A stretch of 63,465 nucleotides of DNA, filler included, from Globobulimina sp. (GCA_003354225.1; 19 parts of 19 records of this genome joined end to end with filler, not necessarily neighbours in it); one strand, 5' to 3'. Shown: positions 35,528 to 48,690, counted from the whole stretch's first letter. Notes: generated by a model from the letters alone, not told the origin. A program made the numbers and translations.

Positions 35528-35696
35528 ATGCGATTGTTCACTAAAACTCTTATACTCAAAAACGTCTTCTTCATTTCATCTCATTCACAAAACAATCAAA
35601 ACCAGCGTACGTCCACTTTTCCTTTGATCATTCCAACCGCCACCACCACAACACACAAAATCCAGAGTTGGAGTTTGTTTATAATTTGAAGTTGAA

Positions 35697-36415
35697 ATGG
35701 CATCGAAAGCAGATGAAAAGAAGGAAGACCCAGAGGATGATCAAGGCGGATTAGATGAAGAAAGTGAAGTTGAATTACAGTTAAAATCTCAAGATATGTT
35801 AACATTTAAAGTGAATAAAGACGTTGTTATGCAATCTGCATTGATCAAAACTATGTGGAGTGGTATGTTTATGTTTGTGTTTCCCGTTTTGTTCCATCGA
35901 CAAAACCAAAAAATGAGTGCAAGGCTAAAAAATAACCAATTAAAACTAAAAAAATGCATAATTGTAATAATAATTAGGTGACCAGACAGAGACAGAAATC
36001 CCTTTACCAAATGTACGCGGTTCGATCCTTAAAAAAGTCATCAAATATATGCAATATCATCATACCAATCCCGCCAAAGAAATCGAGAAACCATTAAAAT
36101 CTGCAAATATGAGAGAAGTTTGGTGTTTTTTTTTTATCAATGCGCAATTTCGCACTTTTGTGGCTTACATAGGTTGTAAGTGAATGGGACGCGAATTTTG
36201 TGGAAGTAGATCAAGAAACATTATTTGAATTGATATTAGCGGCCAATTATATGGATATTAAACCATTGTTGGACTTAACTTGCGCCAAAGTGGCCTCTAT
36301 GATTAAAGGTAAAACACCCGAAGAAATTAGAAAAAGATTTAATATACAAAATGATTTCAGTCCCGAAGAGGAGGAGGCGGTGCGTGCCGAGAATAAATGG
36401 GCCGAGGATTCATAA
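35697..36415 (+). CDS. SKP1: S-phase kinase-associated protein 1, 3 exons
   Basis: Introns 35863-35977 and 36118-36172 give [15 protein letters not shown]...[49 protein letters not shown]...ENKWAE. Confidence 0.97.
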
Positions 36416-36817
36416 AATATCTGTTCACTGCACAGCACTCACTATCTATCTCTAAGCTTATTTAATAACTGACATTCCATATCATGCACACACACACAAT
36501 TTGATAATTTGATTGTTTTTTTTTATTATAATAATTCTTGAATTTTTTGCCTTTTGCTTTGAATATAACATTTTGTTTTTTTTTTTCTGAATATTTTTAC
36601 ATAATTGTTAATTTCCGTCAATTTCCGTCAATTTCAAGCAATTTTTTTAGCAATTAACTAAAAAGTATATCCTTGCACTGCTTGTTTCAAACTCACAATA
36701 AAACGTTTTTAACTAAANNNNNNNNNNNNNNNNNNNNNNNNNNNNNNNNNNNNNNNNNNNNTTAATTAATTAANNNNNNNNNNNNNNNNNNNNNNNNNNN
36801 NNNNNNNNNNNNNNNNN

Positions 36818-37841
36818 AAACACCGCCAATGTGTTGACACCAATCACAATGCGTTTGCATGAAACGTTAAATCGACGCATCGCACCGACCACGAAAAGTA
36901 GAAGAAAAAAAAGAGAACGCGGTCGCAGCTATAGTTTGTTGGACGAGTTTGAACGGAGACAAATGGAGGAATATAACGAAGAGATTGTGGATGAAAAGAA
37001 AGATGAAACTCTGCAAATGATATTAAATCAAAGCGGGCTGAGTCAGCAATGGGATTTAATTGAAAAGCAACGGGAAAAGAAACGAAGGCAAAGCAGGAAG
37101 AAATTGGCGAAGAAAAACAAGAAAAAAAAGCAAAAACCAAGAAAGGACTCAGAGTTTGGTGTGGTTCGACCAGTTATGAGCCAGGCGGTGGCCGAGGAAT
37201 ACAAAGAAAAAGAGGGGAAATTGGCGGATTTTTGGAGGGAAATTGCGGAAAAAATGGAGAATGACGAATTTGACAATGTGCACATTGTAGGAAATGACAA
37301 TGAAATCAATATTGGCGGGAAGAGGGCCATGACGCCGCCGCGGATTAGGAAGCATTTAGAAAGGAGATATAGAAAACAATACGAAAATATGTCAAATGAG
37401 GTGGTAGATACTGGGAAAAGGAAAGGGAAAAAGGTTTGGTTTTTGCAGCAGAAAAAAGAGGTTTTGAATGCGAGACAGAGTGAAATGTTGGAGGAGGAGA
37501 ATAATAATTCGTTGGTTTCAGTGAGTGATATGAGTGAGGATGAGGATGGAATGGGTGTGGCTGCGATGGATGGTATGATGGATATGAGTCTGCATAGTGT
37601 TCCTGTAATGTCTGTTGGCATTTCATTGATGGATGACATGGAGAGAAGTGAGGCAGAGCTAGAAAGTGTGAGTGTTGTGTCTGGAATGTTGTTGCCGAGT
37701 ATTGCGGACTTATCAAGTATTATGGAAGGGGCTGAAGGAGAAGAACAAGGATATGATGATATGGCAATGGTCGAGGATCCATTTAATTATATTGTAAATA
37801 ATGATAATACGGTGGATGATGACACGTCAATTGTTTTTTAA
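36818..37841 (+). CDS. Charged low-complexity protein, 5' partial
   Basis: Long purine-rich ORF, K/E/D/M-rich; no family recognised. Confidence 0.55.
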
Positions 37842-37973
37842 CTCATTGTTGAATGCTTTTAATACACTAATAATTCTGCATTGATGCACAAAAACTGTGC
37901 AGCAGCGTTTTCGACTTTGTTTTAGTCCAGAAACGAAATCTTACTTTAAGCTAAGCATCGACATCGATCATCG

Positions 37974-39070
37974 ATGGCTACTTTTTCCCAAAATTGGGTC
38001 AATAAAAAAAATAAAATATTGATTGGCACGATTGCAGGCTTAGGAATATCAATTGGTATCGTTTCGATATTGATATGGAAGAATAAACAGAATGCACTCA
38101 ATGCAGCCAAAGTGGAAGAAGAAGATGACCACAAATGGAAAGATATAAATTATTCAGAGATCGATTATGCAGAGATCGATGAATTTGAAGTCAAGGCCAA
38201 ATTACCTGAGCAATGCGCTTTTATCTTGCATTCAGATCTTAAAAACGCATTGAAAACACCTTCTCATTCAGTTGGTACATTACTTATCGATGTAAGGGAT
38301 ACAAAAACTGATTACAGCGGCGGTCATATTGCGAATAGCATCAATATCTCAGATGAAATCTTTTACGATTCATTGCCGGATATCTTCCAAAAATATAACC
38401 ATAAATCTAAAGTTATTTTATATTGCATGTACGGCGCACGACGATCAATCAAATGTATGTACTATGCATAGAATGTATATATAATTATGATAATACATAC
38501 TGTATACGTATAGGCGTTGAATTTTATGCTAAATCGAGACAAGAATTAATTTTAAATTATAATAAGAAAACTAAGAAATCGCATTATTTTATGTATCACG
38601 TAAAGGCCAAAGCAAAGGCAAAATCGAGTAAAACCGCCAGAGCCTCATCCAAGAATTTAATGGCTTTGGCCCAGTCAGAGTCAGCAGAATCAGACATGGT
38701 GCAACCACCACAGAGGCAACCACAGGAATATGACGCCAATCCCGATGATAGCACTATTCATATGCTATATGGCGGTAAGTATGGATGGATGGACGAGAAT
38801 GTTGTTAAGAAAAGGATTGATATCGATTTTTGTGATGACCGCATCATTAAAAATTTATCAAAACAAACATTGATGGTTTTAAAAGGCGGTTGGTTTGAAT
38901 TTTTAAATGATTCATTGGAGGATGCAAGAGATAAAAGTATCATTTCTGATTTTGATGAATCCAAATATGAACAGTTAGAATTAAAAGGCGTTTTTGATAA
39001 AAAAATGTGGTATCATAACCAGGAATATTTTGCCAGAGCACAGTTTCAGGAAATTTGCCAAGTCAAATAA
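37974..39070 (+). CDS. Membrane-anchored Cdc25-like/Acr2-type rhodanese-fold protein, 2 exons
   Basis: LLIDVRD..DYSGGHIANSIN, CX5R loop YCMYGARR, LMVLKGGW; intron 38455-38513; N-terminal hydrophobic anchor. Confidence 0.8.
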
Positions 39071-39420
39071 CTCTAATTGTAAACAATAACAACTATAATC
39101 GTTACATTTGAGAGTGTAAAATCAAAACCTTTTTTTTTTGATTCTACACTTTCGTCATATTCATCAGTTTTGCATTAGAAATGATTTCAAAATGTGTGTT
39201 TTTTTGCACTGATCTATTTTCTTTGAGTGCAAGGATACAACGAACAATTGAAACAATTCTCGTGCCATTCGGCTTTTTAACAATTTTCCGAGCGTAATTA
39301 TAACGACACAACATGATAAATATTTCACCGCCGCCATGCAAGCAGTCTAGAGTGTAGACACAGACATACCGAGCAATACAGAAAAAAAATTAAAGTAAAA
39401 AACAGCCCAAGTAAAAAACA

Positions 39421-40032
39421 TCAGTCAAGTTCAATAATGTGACTCCTTGACAAGGAGGAATCTCTAAGTTTAGTATTCACCATAATCTCAGATGTCATTA
39501 TGGCGCGATAATCTGCTAAAGTTTTATTTACTGGATTCCAATATTTGCCAATATTATCATATCCACATAATTGTTTTAAAAAATCTACGGTTACATTCCT
39601 CCGCGTAATATGTATACAATCCAACACAATGTTAAATCTCTGCAATTTATATGTTAACAGCGATAAATTGATACTGTTTGATTTGCCTCTTTCTGCATCG
39701 GTGAACATTATAATTCTGTTCCTATCCAATGTCCTTTCCTCGATTATAACATTCAACAATTCAGCAATGCCATTTTTATACGATATACAATTTTCATATT
39801 CTGTATCACACTCAATTTCCTTTTCTTTGCATTCATCAAATTTGGTCAACAGTGCCACCGATAAGGTTTTGCTGTATCCGACATATGGCCCATTGGTCAA
39901 ATCTTGCAATCTGTCACTAAACGCAAACAGACGCATATGATTGCCATTACATTCTGGTTTGGCCCAGTTATTTTTCACCATTTCCGCCACCAAACTACGT
40001 ACACATAATATTTTATTGCTGCTAAACTGCAT
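39421..40032 (-). CDS. vWA-domain protein, C-terminal part
   Basis: MRLFAFSD, RIIMFTDAE, LDCIHI and FLKQLC...GKYW are typical of vWA strands and helices. Confidence 0.6.
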   Translation of the reverse strand: MQFSSNKILCVRSLVAEMVKNNWAKPECNGNHMRLFAFSDRLQDLTNGPYVGYSKTLSVALLTKFDECKEKEIECDTEYENCISYKNGIAELLNVIIEERTLDRNRIIMFTDAERGKSNSINLSLLTYKLQRFNIVLDCIHITRRNVTVDFLKQLCGYDNIGKYWNPVNKTLADYRAIMTSEIMVNTKLRDSSLSRSHIIELD

Positions 40033-40341
40033 ATTATTTCTATAATTGTTCAGAAATTATACNNNNNNNNNNNNNNNNNNNNNNNNNNNNNNNNNNNNNN
40101 NNNNNNTTAATTAATTAANNNNNNNNNNNNNNNNNNNNNNNNNNNNNNNNNNNNNNNNNNNNAATATCCATAAAAAACTTTGCATTTTTGAGAATTGACA
40201 CCAAAAAAATTCTAGATCGTAAAATGTGGGTCACCCATCGCCAAGGGGATTCGGCAAACGCTTGTATGGGATATGCTCTTGCAATAATTAATGTAACTAG
40301 TGTAAAAAACATCCTTTTGTGCTCCCTTCAGGAGAGCAAAA

Positions 40342-43183
40342 ATGGGCAATTCAACTTCCAAGAGGAATAGAAATAAATTCAAGCATTCGCGATCCAGGTC
40401 AGAAGTAAAAATAAAAAGTCATAAACACAAACACAAACACAAATACAGACCACGTAGCCCTGAAACAGCCCACGATTCAAACAACACAGAGGAAATAAAA
40501 TTTGATTTCAATTACAACGATAATGCGAATGTTTCAAAGAATGTTTCAAAGAATGTACGAAGAATTGTGTCATTAAATGACATGAATAATATGAATAAAG
40601 CAACTGTAAATAAACAATATGAGATAAATAATATGAATATTATTGCGGCAATGCCCAAGCTTCATTCATTACCTACTCCACAAATATCAGCATCAATAAA
40701 TCACTCAAACAGCTGCAGTGATTCCCGCCATTCCCCTCCATCCTCCGGAGATAATTCAAACATAGCAACACTAACCACCAATGACATCGACATTACATTC
40801 AAATCGCATAATAGTCACAACATTCAAGAAAGTGACTCCTCAGTCCCTAATTATTGTAACAGAGTGCGCGCTTTTTCAACTCCCAAACAATACTCTCACC
40901 GACTACAAAATAGTGCATCTACCACAACCTATACAAGCATCAAAAAGGAAAACAAAGTTAACAAACAATATTTGTATAAATTAAATTAGTTTTTGTATAA
41001 ATATAAACATAAATATTCAGACAAAAACACCAACATTGCCAGATCCAGAACAGATTGAAGATTTTGGTTTGGACGATGACGACGCCGACGCCGAAGCATG
41101 CAAAAGTTATTTAAGTCCATCCACTCGCTCCATTGAAGCCGAACCGGTCCCCAAATCTATGAAATCCATAGAATCCATCCATTCCATCCCATTATCTGCC
41201 ATCTCAAAAATGAGTGTTACCGTTTCCGATGAGGAGGAAAAGGAATTATCACAATCTTCGTCAGAATCGTTATTACAACGCGCTAATAATCCGAATCGGA
41301 AACCAATTAATTTTCAAAATTACTATTCTGAACCAGATAAAGCCAGTAATTATCCCAATGCTGCACCCATAAAACGAAGAAAATCAATCAATAACGACGG
41401 CAACGGACTGATCAAAGTACGGTCCACACCAAATTTAAAAGTGACACTGCATCACAAAAATGAGAATAATAACAGTTTATTGTTGGTTATCAATGACAAT
41501 AAAACACATTTTGTAGATTCCGAGGACTCGCAAGATGAGGAAATAAAAAACGAACAGAAGAATAACATGCTACCACCGGGCGTGCCTATATTAGGACAGT
41601 CCTTATCATTAAACATAAATGATGCGAATGGCAGTAATAAATCGCCGTCATCCATATCCTCGACCGGCGCTGTGATATTCTCACCGTTAATGGCTGTGGT
41701 AACGGACAAATTGGCAGCAACATCGCCCAGATTACGATTATTGCGCAGCAAATCGGACATTTTGAGCATAAATCACCACGCTGCATATGACTATGAGAGG
41801 AGATATAAAAATAATCAACAACGCAAATATCGGTCCAAATATTCCGGACATTATAAAATATGCTTAGCAACATCAAAAACGATGGATGTGAAAGCTGCAG
41901 AGACGCAGTCGCAGCAACATGGACATATGCAGGCGATGAGAAGAGGGAGGTCCAATTCTGAGGATAGTGTCAACGGCGATAACCGTTTGGGTTTAGGCAC
42001 TCATAAACAAAGCAAGTCAAAATTTAAGAAAAAAGGCAAGCATAAAAAAGGAAAAAAGAGGCAATCGCAATCCGAGAAATACAAAGATTTAAAAAGCGGT
42101 GCCACGGCGGGAGGGATTATGCATCATTTTAGATCGCGATCACATTCATTGGCAAATATCAATAAAAGCAATAACAAAAACAGGAGAAAGAGGAAGAAAA
42201 AGAAAAAAGAGAGAGCCAAACATGAATATACAACGTATAAATGCATAAATGGCAAAGGAGACGAGAATGGTAACGGCATTCTTGATATTTATATCACAGA
42301 AACGTTTGCCATGCAAGCGTATAAATTTTGGAGTCAACATATTTGTACATTGAATGAGCGGGAATTTCGTGAGTGTGCTACCTTATTTTTTAGTCATTTG
42401 ATGGCTGACTCGGAGACGGACAGTAAAATATTAATGAGGAATAATAATATAATTGAGGCTCCGCTGAAATATTTTGATATGATTGGGTGGCTATTCCGGT
42501 TACTGATTGATAAGAATGTAAACGGATACCTTACATTAAAGGAGATTGGCAAAATACATTTATTGCAATATAACATATCCATAGCTTCATATTATGCGAT
42601 GTTGAATGCTTTGCATGTGATATTCCCAGAAATATGCCCACAGAAACAATATACGATGAAGTTGCGGTATATTTATGATATCGTGTTTATATCGGCGTGT
42701 TTTCTGATGAATGGCAATAAAATGGATGCGAATCATAATCAGTGTTTGATACAACAAAAATATGATACATTAAATTCATTATATTTTTTACAGTCGTTAG
42801 ATATTTGTTTGTTTGATGAGATTGGCTGTGAATATTTGTATCATTTTTTGCATCAATCATATTGCGAAGAAATACCAAAGTTCTTAGTTTTGTATAATAA
42901 GTTTAAACATTGCAACCCACAAAATCATAGATTAAAATATAAAATATCCAATGCAATATATGAGCAATGCATTGCTGATTCCTCACAATTTCAAATAAAT
43001 GTTCCTTTTGCGACCTATCAACAAATTAAAGTATCGATTAATAATATTAATAATAAACATGTGGAAAACGATATATTTGATGTTGCTTATCAACAAATTA
43101 AACGATTGATTCAACAAAACCATTGGACGAATTTTAAAAATATATTACAATCTGTTCGCAAACAAGGACAAATTGGTAAGTAA
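40342..43183 (+). CDS. Globin-like domain + RGS domain fusion protein with N-myristoylation-type start
   Basis: MGNSTSK start; phase-0 intron 40957-41020 joins the two ORFs (925 aa). Globin-like region ~42300-42712 (LKEIGKIHLLQYNI...YYAMLNALH). RGS ~42790-43140 (IGCEYLYHFLHQSYCEEIPKFL...IYEQCIADSSQFQINV...IFDVAYQQIKRLIQQNHWTNF). Possible extra exon 43297-43385. Confidence 0.75.
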
Positions 43184-43506
43184 TTCACTTTTTGTTTGTA
43201 TACGTACTTTATTTATTTTTCTTTTTACTTTTTTTCTTGTTTAATTTTGTGTTTGTGTTATTTTCAAAATTGTATGAACAAATTACCACTTTTCAGGACG
43301 GTCAAACATACAGAATCTACACGAATTGGTTGGTTGTTACAGATTTTTTCAAAAAGATTTGAATAAACAACAAAACGATGACTAGCTTACTTCGTTAATT
43401 ATAAAANNNNNNNNNNNNNNNNNNNNNNNNNNNNNNNNNNNNNNNNNNNNTTAATTAATTAANNNNNNNNNNNNNNNNNNNNNNNNNNNNNNNNNNNNNN
43501 NNNNNN

Positions 43507-43705
43507 CATCGGGACCATCGGCAACGGTGACACCGCATCCGAACCTTCTCCCGACGTGCAGGTGATCGACAACTGGTTCAACCGCGGCGGCAAGCAAGCT
43601 CTGATGACCGGTGACGACCTGGTCTCCGATCTGGTCGACAAGGGCGCGGAAGCCTCGGCGCTAGTCAACTCGTACTTCGGCGTGGAGCGGGTGTTCAACA
43701 GCCTC
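43507..43705 (+). other. GC-rich bacterial-like coding fragment fused to a host contig
   Basis: Plus frame IGTIGNGDTASEPSPDVQVIDNWFNRGGKQALMTGDDLVSDLVDKG...YFGV has strongly G/C-ending codons; abrupt switch to the host gene on the opposite strand. Confidence 0.7.
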
Positions 43706-45863
43706 GAAAACCCAAATTCGAACTGAACGCCGCTGCCATCGAACCAAAAATGTTCCTCCAAAAACGCTCTGCCGTCGCGTTTATATTTGTACTCAATGGG
43801 CGTCCATCCGACTGGTGACTGGATGTCTGAGATAGGACTGGCTTTGGCTATTTTTGTGCCCTTCAACCGGTCCAACTGCGCATTGCGTCGCGATATTGGT
43901 TTGTCCTTCAACCAGCCACTATTATTCTGACGCAGTATATCATGGTACGTTGGCTTCTCAAAGTCTTTGAAAATGCCAATCTCCGTCACGGTCGGTTTGC
44001 GGTGCACAGGGTTTTTGCTTTTACGCTTCTTAAATTGCGCACTCTTGGAGTGATGGTTGAGTTTTTCCTCTAAGAAATCGTAATTAAACATGGATTTTTC
44101 GTATTTGGTGCCTTTGTAACTGCGGTTACGGCCAATATCGCGCGGCCCCAATTTGCGTTGAATGGGGTCCCATAGATCCAGCGCACTCTGCGACCGCATA
44201 TGAGCTCCCATGGTCAGATTGGAGACTGACGAGGATTTTGTGTGTCTGGGTCGTACGCGTTTTTGCGAGGCTCTGATGTCTTTGATGGAGATGGCGCTCG
44301 CTCGCTTTTTGTTGGGTGAGGTGGTGTGAGTGGAGATTTTGAGCAATTTGATCTCTCTCAATAATGTGTTGCGCATTTCTGCATCGCGCATTTTTATGGT
44401 ATTTTTTAACTGAACACGCGATATATTTAATAAATCGAAGCCGTTGGTATTGCGTTGTTTGAATTTGGGGATAAATTTCTGAAGGTTGTGTTGTCATATT
44501 TGTATATGTTATGTTATGATGTTTGTATTTATTGTTAGAATTTATTGTATACAAATTCTACATATTATTTCTGACAAAAAACTATGCATTTTACCTTAAA
44601 GCGTGATGAAGAGATAGAATTTAACCATTTACAAACATCGTGATTTGTCCATTTCGCAACCTTTGCCGTCACAGCGTATACAATCCGCTTATTTGCTAAT
44701 TCAATCATGGTGAAATTATCAGTCTGCTCCAAAATGTGTGAGCCTATAAAATTTATATTATTATTTTCCGCATGTTTAATATTCCACGAATCCAAAAATT
44801 CCGCAACATTCGCACTATATTTCCTTTGCGATGTCGTTTTTTTCACCGCAACGACATACATTTCATTCGTAATCTTAATCTTCATCTTCATCTTCATAGA
44901 TACGCCACGTTTATGTTTCTGTTTCCTTCTGCTTTCTTTTTCTTTCTTCTTCTTCTCATATTGATGCGTTTTGGCATACAAATTTATCTGCTTTTTGGCT
45001 GTTTGTCGAACCTATTTTTATGTTTAATTTTGTATGTTTGTACTTGTCAAAAAATGTATATGTACAAATACATAATTTGCCAGCCACCACACCTTTGCTT
45101 TCAGTCTCTGCAAAGCGGCCATTATCGCTTTCCTCGCCGATGGGTGATATATTTCAATGGATTGCAACATGGTTCTATTCATTTTATACAATTTCCTGCC
45201 ATCGATTTTCTTTTGTTTGAATTTGATGCCATATTCCTTGTACTTGCCATTATCGATATATTTAATCCATTGTATCACTTCACGAACGGACCACAATTCG
45301 ATGGCTTTTGTGCTTAATCGAGATATGGTTGTAATATCTGAGCAGTCTTTGCTGTTTCTACGAACTCTGTTTTTTTTGGCACGGCTGGTTTTGAACGATA
45401 TTTTTTTCATTTTTTTTCGCTTTTTTTTGCGTTTTTTATTGGCTATGTTTTGATCGCTTGGTAATGAAGAACAATTGACTTTATTTTCGTGGATTATGTC
45501 GTTAAATTCATGAATGAGTCCATTTGAGAATGTGCTATTTACAGAATTCAAAGAGGCGCAAGATTCTGAATCGTCGTCATAGGTTTCAGTGGTCGATAAA
45601 TCAGAGATGGACGAGACTGACGAGACGGGCGATAATGACGGGTTTCCTTTTGGTGAAGACGGCTGTGAATAGGAGACGGAACCTCTTCGCCAGTTGGCAG
45701 AGGCATTGCTTTTCATATCGACATGGTCATCATTAAAATCATATGGATCGTCGCTGGGACCGAGGGTTGAGATTCCTGTGGATAGATTTTGATTTATTAT
45801 TTCATTCAATGCTTTGGTGAGTTCATCAGATGTGCTGTTAGTCTTATCGCGTGTTGTTGCCAT
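43706..45863 (-). CDS. Double SAM-domain protein, about 3 exons, 3' truncated by chimera
   Basis: WSVREVIQWI...FKQKKIDGRKL...ARKAIMAALQRL, and WTNHDVCKWL...|KFIPKFKQRNTNGFDLL...MRNTLLREIKLL. Confidence 0.75.
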
Positions 45864-45908
45864 TCAATTTAAGAAAAACTTATTTCTCAATAAAACCTTC
45901 TGTTTATC

Positions 45909-46750
45909 ATGTCTTCGTTTGGTATTTATGAAAAACATAAATCCAACCCACTCAGTGATCGATATTTTACTCATTGGCATGAAGACGTGAATACAACAAT
46001 ATTTTACCAAGCCATTATCGTGAATACAACAATAAAAAAAATAAAAAAATATGAGAATGCGGATTGGTCAATGATAGCATATGCATTCATACATTCATTG
46101 CAATCATCATTGCAACAATCTGAATACGCATTGCATAGGGAAATACCGGATGGGATTAAAAATATCATTGTAATCTATTCCAAACCACGGGAACACTTTG
46201 AAGTAAAATCAAACGAAGATTTTGAAATGAATCCAGATCAAACAACAGTAAAAACACTGTACGATAGCAGAGTGACTGTACGAGGAACGGTTAACATCCA
46301 TCATACAAACAATGGTATTCATAAATGGAGGTTTAAAATCATAGAATCGCGTGGAATACGGATAGGCATTTCAAACGGAGATAATTTGTGGACATTAGGT
46401 AGCAATAAAATTCGTTGTAAAGAGTATAACGTTGAGATGTGTTTTGATTTACGCAGTGATAATGAGAACATTATATGGCGATGGTGTGTGAATGAAGGAG
46501 AGATTAAAACTAGATATATTTTGAGATCACAAGTAAAATATACGTTTCATATTATAGTGGATTTAGGGAGAAAATCATTGATTGAGTTATTAAGTTATGA
46601 GTGCGAATATTATCCGAGAAACAAAAGGAGTGATGATAGGAATAAGAGGAATGAGGTATTATTAAAGAATAAATGCAGAGCTCATGGAATTCCACCTAAA
46701 ACGTATACATGTTTTAGATGCAAAATGATTGGAGATCATTGGATTTCTGA
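45909..46750 (+). CDS. SPRY-like domain + RBBP6-type zinc knuckle protein, 3' partial
   Basis: GIHKWRFKII...IRIGIS...VEMCFDL; terminal IPPKTYTCFRCKMIGDHWIS. Confidence 0.6.
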
Positions 46751-47054
46751 NNNNNNNNNNNNNNNNNNNNNNNNNNNNNNNNNNNNNNNNNNNNTTAATT
46801 AATTAANNNNNNNNNNNNNNNNNNNNNNNNNNNNNNNNNNNNNNNNNNNNGCTGCTGGCAAGCAATCCTCTTAGACATAAGTAGACTTTAAATGTAACGG
46901 TCTCAAAAAAAACTTAGTTGGCCATAGTCTAATGTTAGTTCAAAGTAAGCCATTGTTTGACAAGATCGCTAATTTAGTGCAAGGAGAAGTTACTGCAAAT
47001 TTAAGATAAATGCAATGAGATCAGTAATTATTAGTATATATATACATTGAACGA

Positions 47055-48431
47055 TCAGGTCAAATCAGCACTGACAATGCTCATTTTGATAGCGGTAACA
47101 TTCTTTTTTTTCAAGGCGGCATCGCCATGAACTTTTCTTAAAACGGAATTATTATATTTCACATCCAGATGCATCAATGCCATATTTATGATGAATGCCA
47201 TTGCAATTACTGCTAAAATAAAATATTGTACATAAACATAAGTTTTTTCTCCATTGCGTTCCACAGTCAATACACCAACAACAAAAGCGCACAGTCCGGT
47301 ACTAGCAAATCTAAGCGATGCAGTCAGACCAAATGCAGTGCCGACAATATTTTCATCAACAATTAGCGGTATGGCAGCCATACCAATTGGAAAAGGAAAG
47401 CCTGTACTAATCGATTTCAATGCTCCACCAACAAAAGCAAACAGTTTATCGCTGTTAATCCAACCATAAATAAACTGCCCCATAAAACCACAAATGTTGG
47501 CAACAAGCAACAATTCAGCTTTTCTACCAATTTTTGTTGTGATGAAACCAGACATAAAATACGATAACAATGCGATTGATGAAGTAAATAAAACAATGCT
47601 TGTCGCAAATTCATAATTTACACCAAACATCCAACGAATAAAACTAACATTTATACTTTGCGAGGATTGAGCTGAACCAACAAATAAAATATATCCAGCT
47701 ACTAATACCCAAAAATATATTGATAACTTGGTGACATCTGACAATTTTAATTTTTTCTTTCGTGACATCTGCTTTTGTTCATTGAAAATCAATTTAGTTG
47801 TTTCCAGTTCCTTTGCTGTTTGAGTTTGACTATTGTTTAAGTAATATTTCTCAATTAACATCAATGAAAATAATGGAAAGCACGCAAATATCGTTACAAT
47901 CAATGGCACTGACAATGCAACCTTCATTCCGAATAATTTATATATTTCATATGAAATATATGTATATAATCCGCTGCCTAATGCAGCAAAGGCACAATAT
48001 ATTGCAAATACAATGCCATATTCGTTTGGATTAAAAAATTGGATGGCATATAATTTTATGGCCATACTTAGTGCTTCATTGCCTATCCCCAAAATTATTC
48101 GACCAAAACATAATACTACGTAATTTCGGATAAAACCGCTATATAAAATCAATGATAAACCTACAAAATCTAAAAACCATCCCGCTAAGACCATACTTCT
48201 TACGCCAAATTTATCGATTAATATACCACATAGAATACAACATAAAATATTTGGCCATGAATATAATGTCAGGAGTAAATTATAACGAACGTCATCAATA
48301 TTGTACCAATCAATCAGTTGATCTTGTAATGGCACAAATATATAACGATTAATACTTGCGGCCAACGCAGTTATATGTATCATAATACAAATAACCCATC
48401 GAACCCAAGAACTTGCAAGCGTTTGATGCAT
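47055..48431 (-). CDS. MFS transporter, MFSD1-like
   Basis: YNLLLTLYSWPNILCCILCGILIDKFGVR, GRIILGIGNE, IPLIVDENIVGTAFGL; about 12 hydrophobic segments. Confidence 0.85.
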   Translation of the reverse strand: MHQTLASSWVRWVICIMIHITALAASINRYIFVPLQDQLIDWYNIDDVRYNLLLTLYSWPNILCCILCGILIDKFGVRSMVLAGWFLDFVGLSLILYSGFIRNYVVLCFGRIILGIGNEALSMAIKLYAIQFFNPNEYGIVFAIYCAFAALGSGLYTYISYEIYKLFGMKVALSVPLIVTIFACFPLFSLMLIEKYYLNNSQTQTAKELETTKLIFNEQKQMSRKKKLKLSDVTKLSIYFWVLVAGYILFVGSAQSSQSINVSFIRWMFGVNYEFATSIVLFTSSIALLSYFMSGFITTKIGRKAELLLVANICGFMGQFIYGWINSDKLFAFVGGALKSISTGFPFPIGMAAIPLIVDENIVGTAFGLTASLRFASTGLCAFVVGVLTVERNGEKTYVYVQYFILAVIAMAFIINMALMHLDVKYNNSVLRKVHGDAALKKKNVTAIKMSIVSADLT

Positions 48432-48690
48432 TGGCTACCAATATATGATTACTAAGCAAAAAGTCAAACAATTTATCTCCACAAGTGACTAGCTCAAAAA
48501 GTTATACTTACGATAAAGATTTTAGTTAATAAGCCAGAGCAGCTAGCTGAGACACATACAATTAATATTTTAATAATGACTGATAATAACAACAAATATT
48601 ACACTAAATTATACAGTATATGTTGCAAAAATAATTAATAATAATAATAATACATAAATTGTTATTGTTATAATACAATGTCAATGAAAC

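Noticed and set aside
7112-43183. Genomic clustering of the 7TM gene with the globin-RGS gene, or of sulfatase, G8 and lactonase genes
   Set aside because: They lie on separate contigs ordered only by length, so no linkage can be inferred.
43459-43705. C-terminal extension of the minus-strand SAM protein
   Set aside because: It is the antisense of a GC-rich bacterial-like frame.
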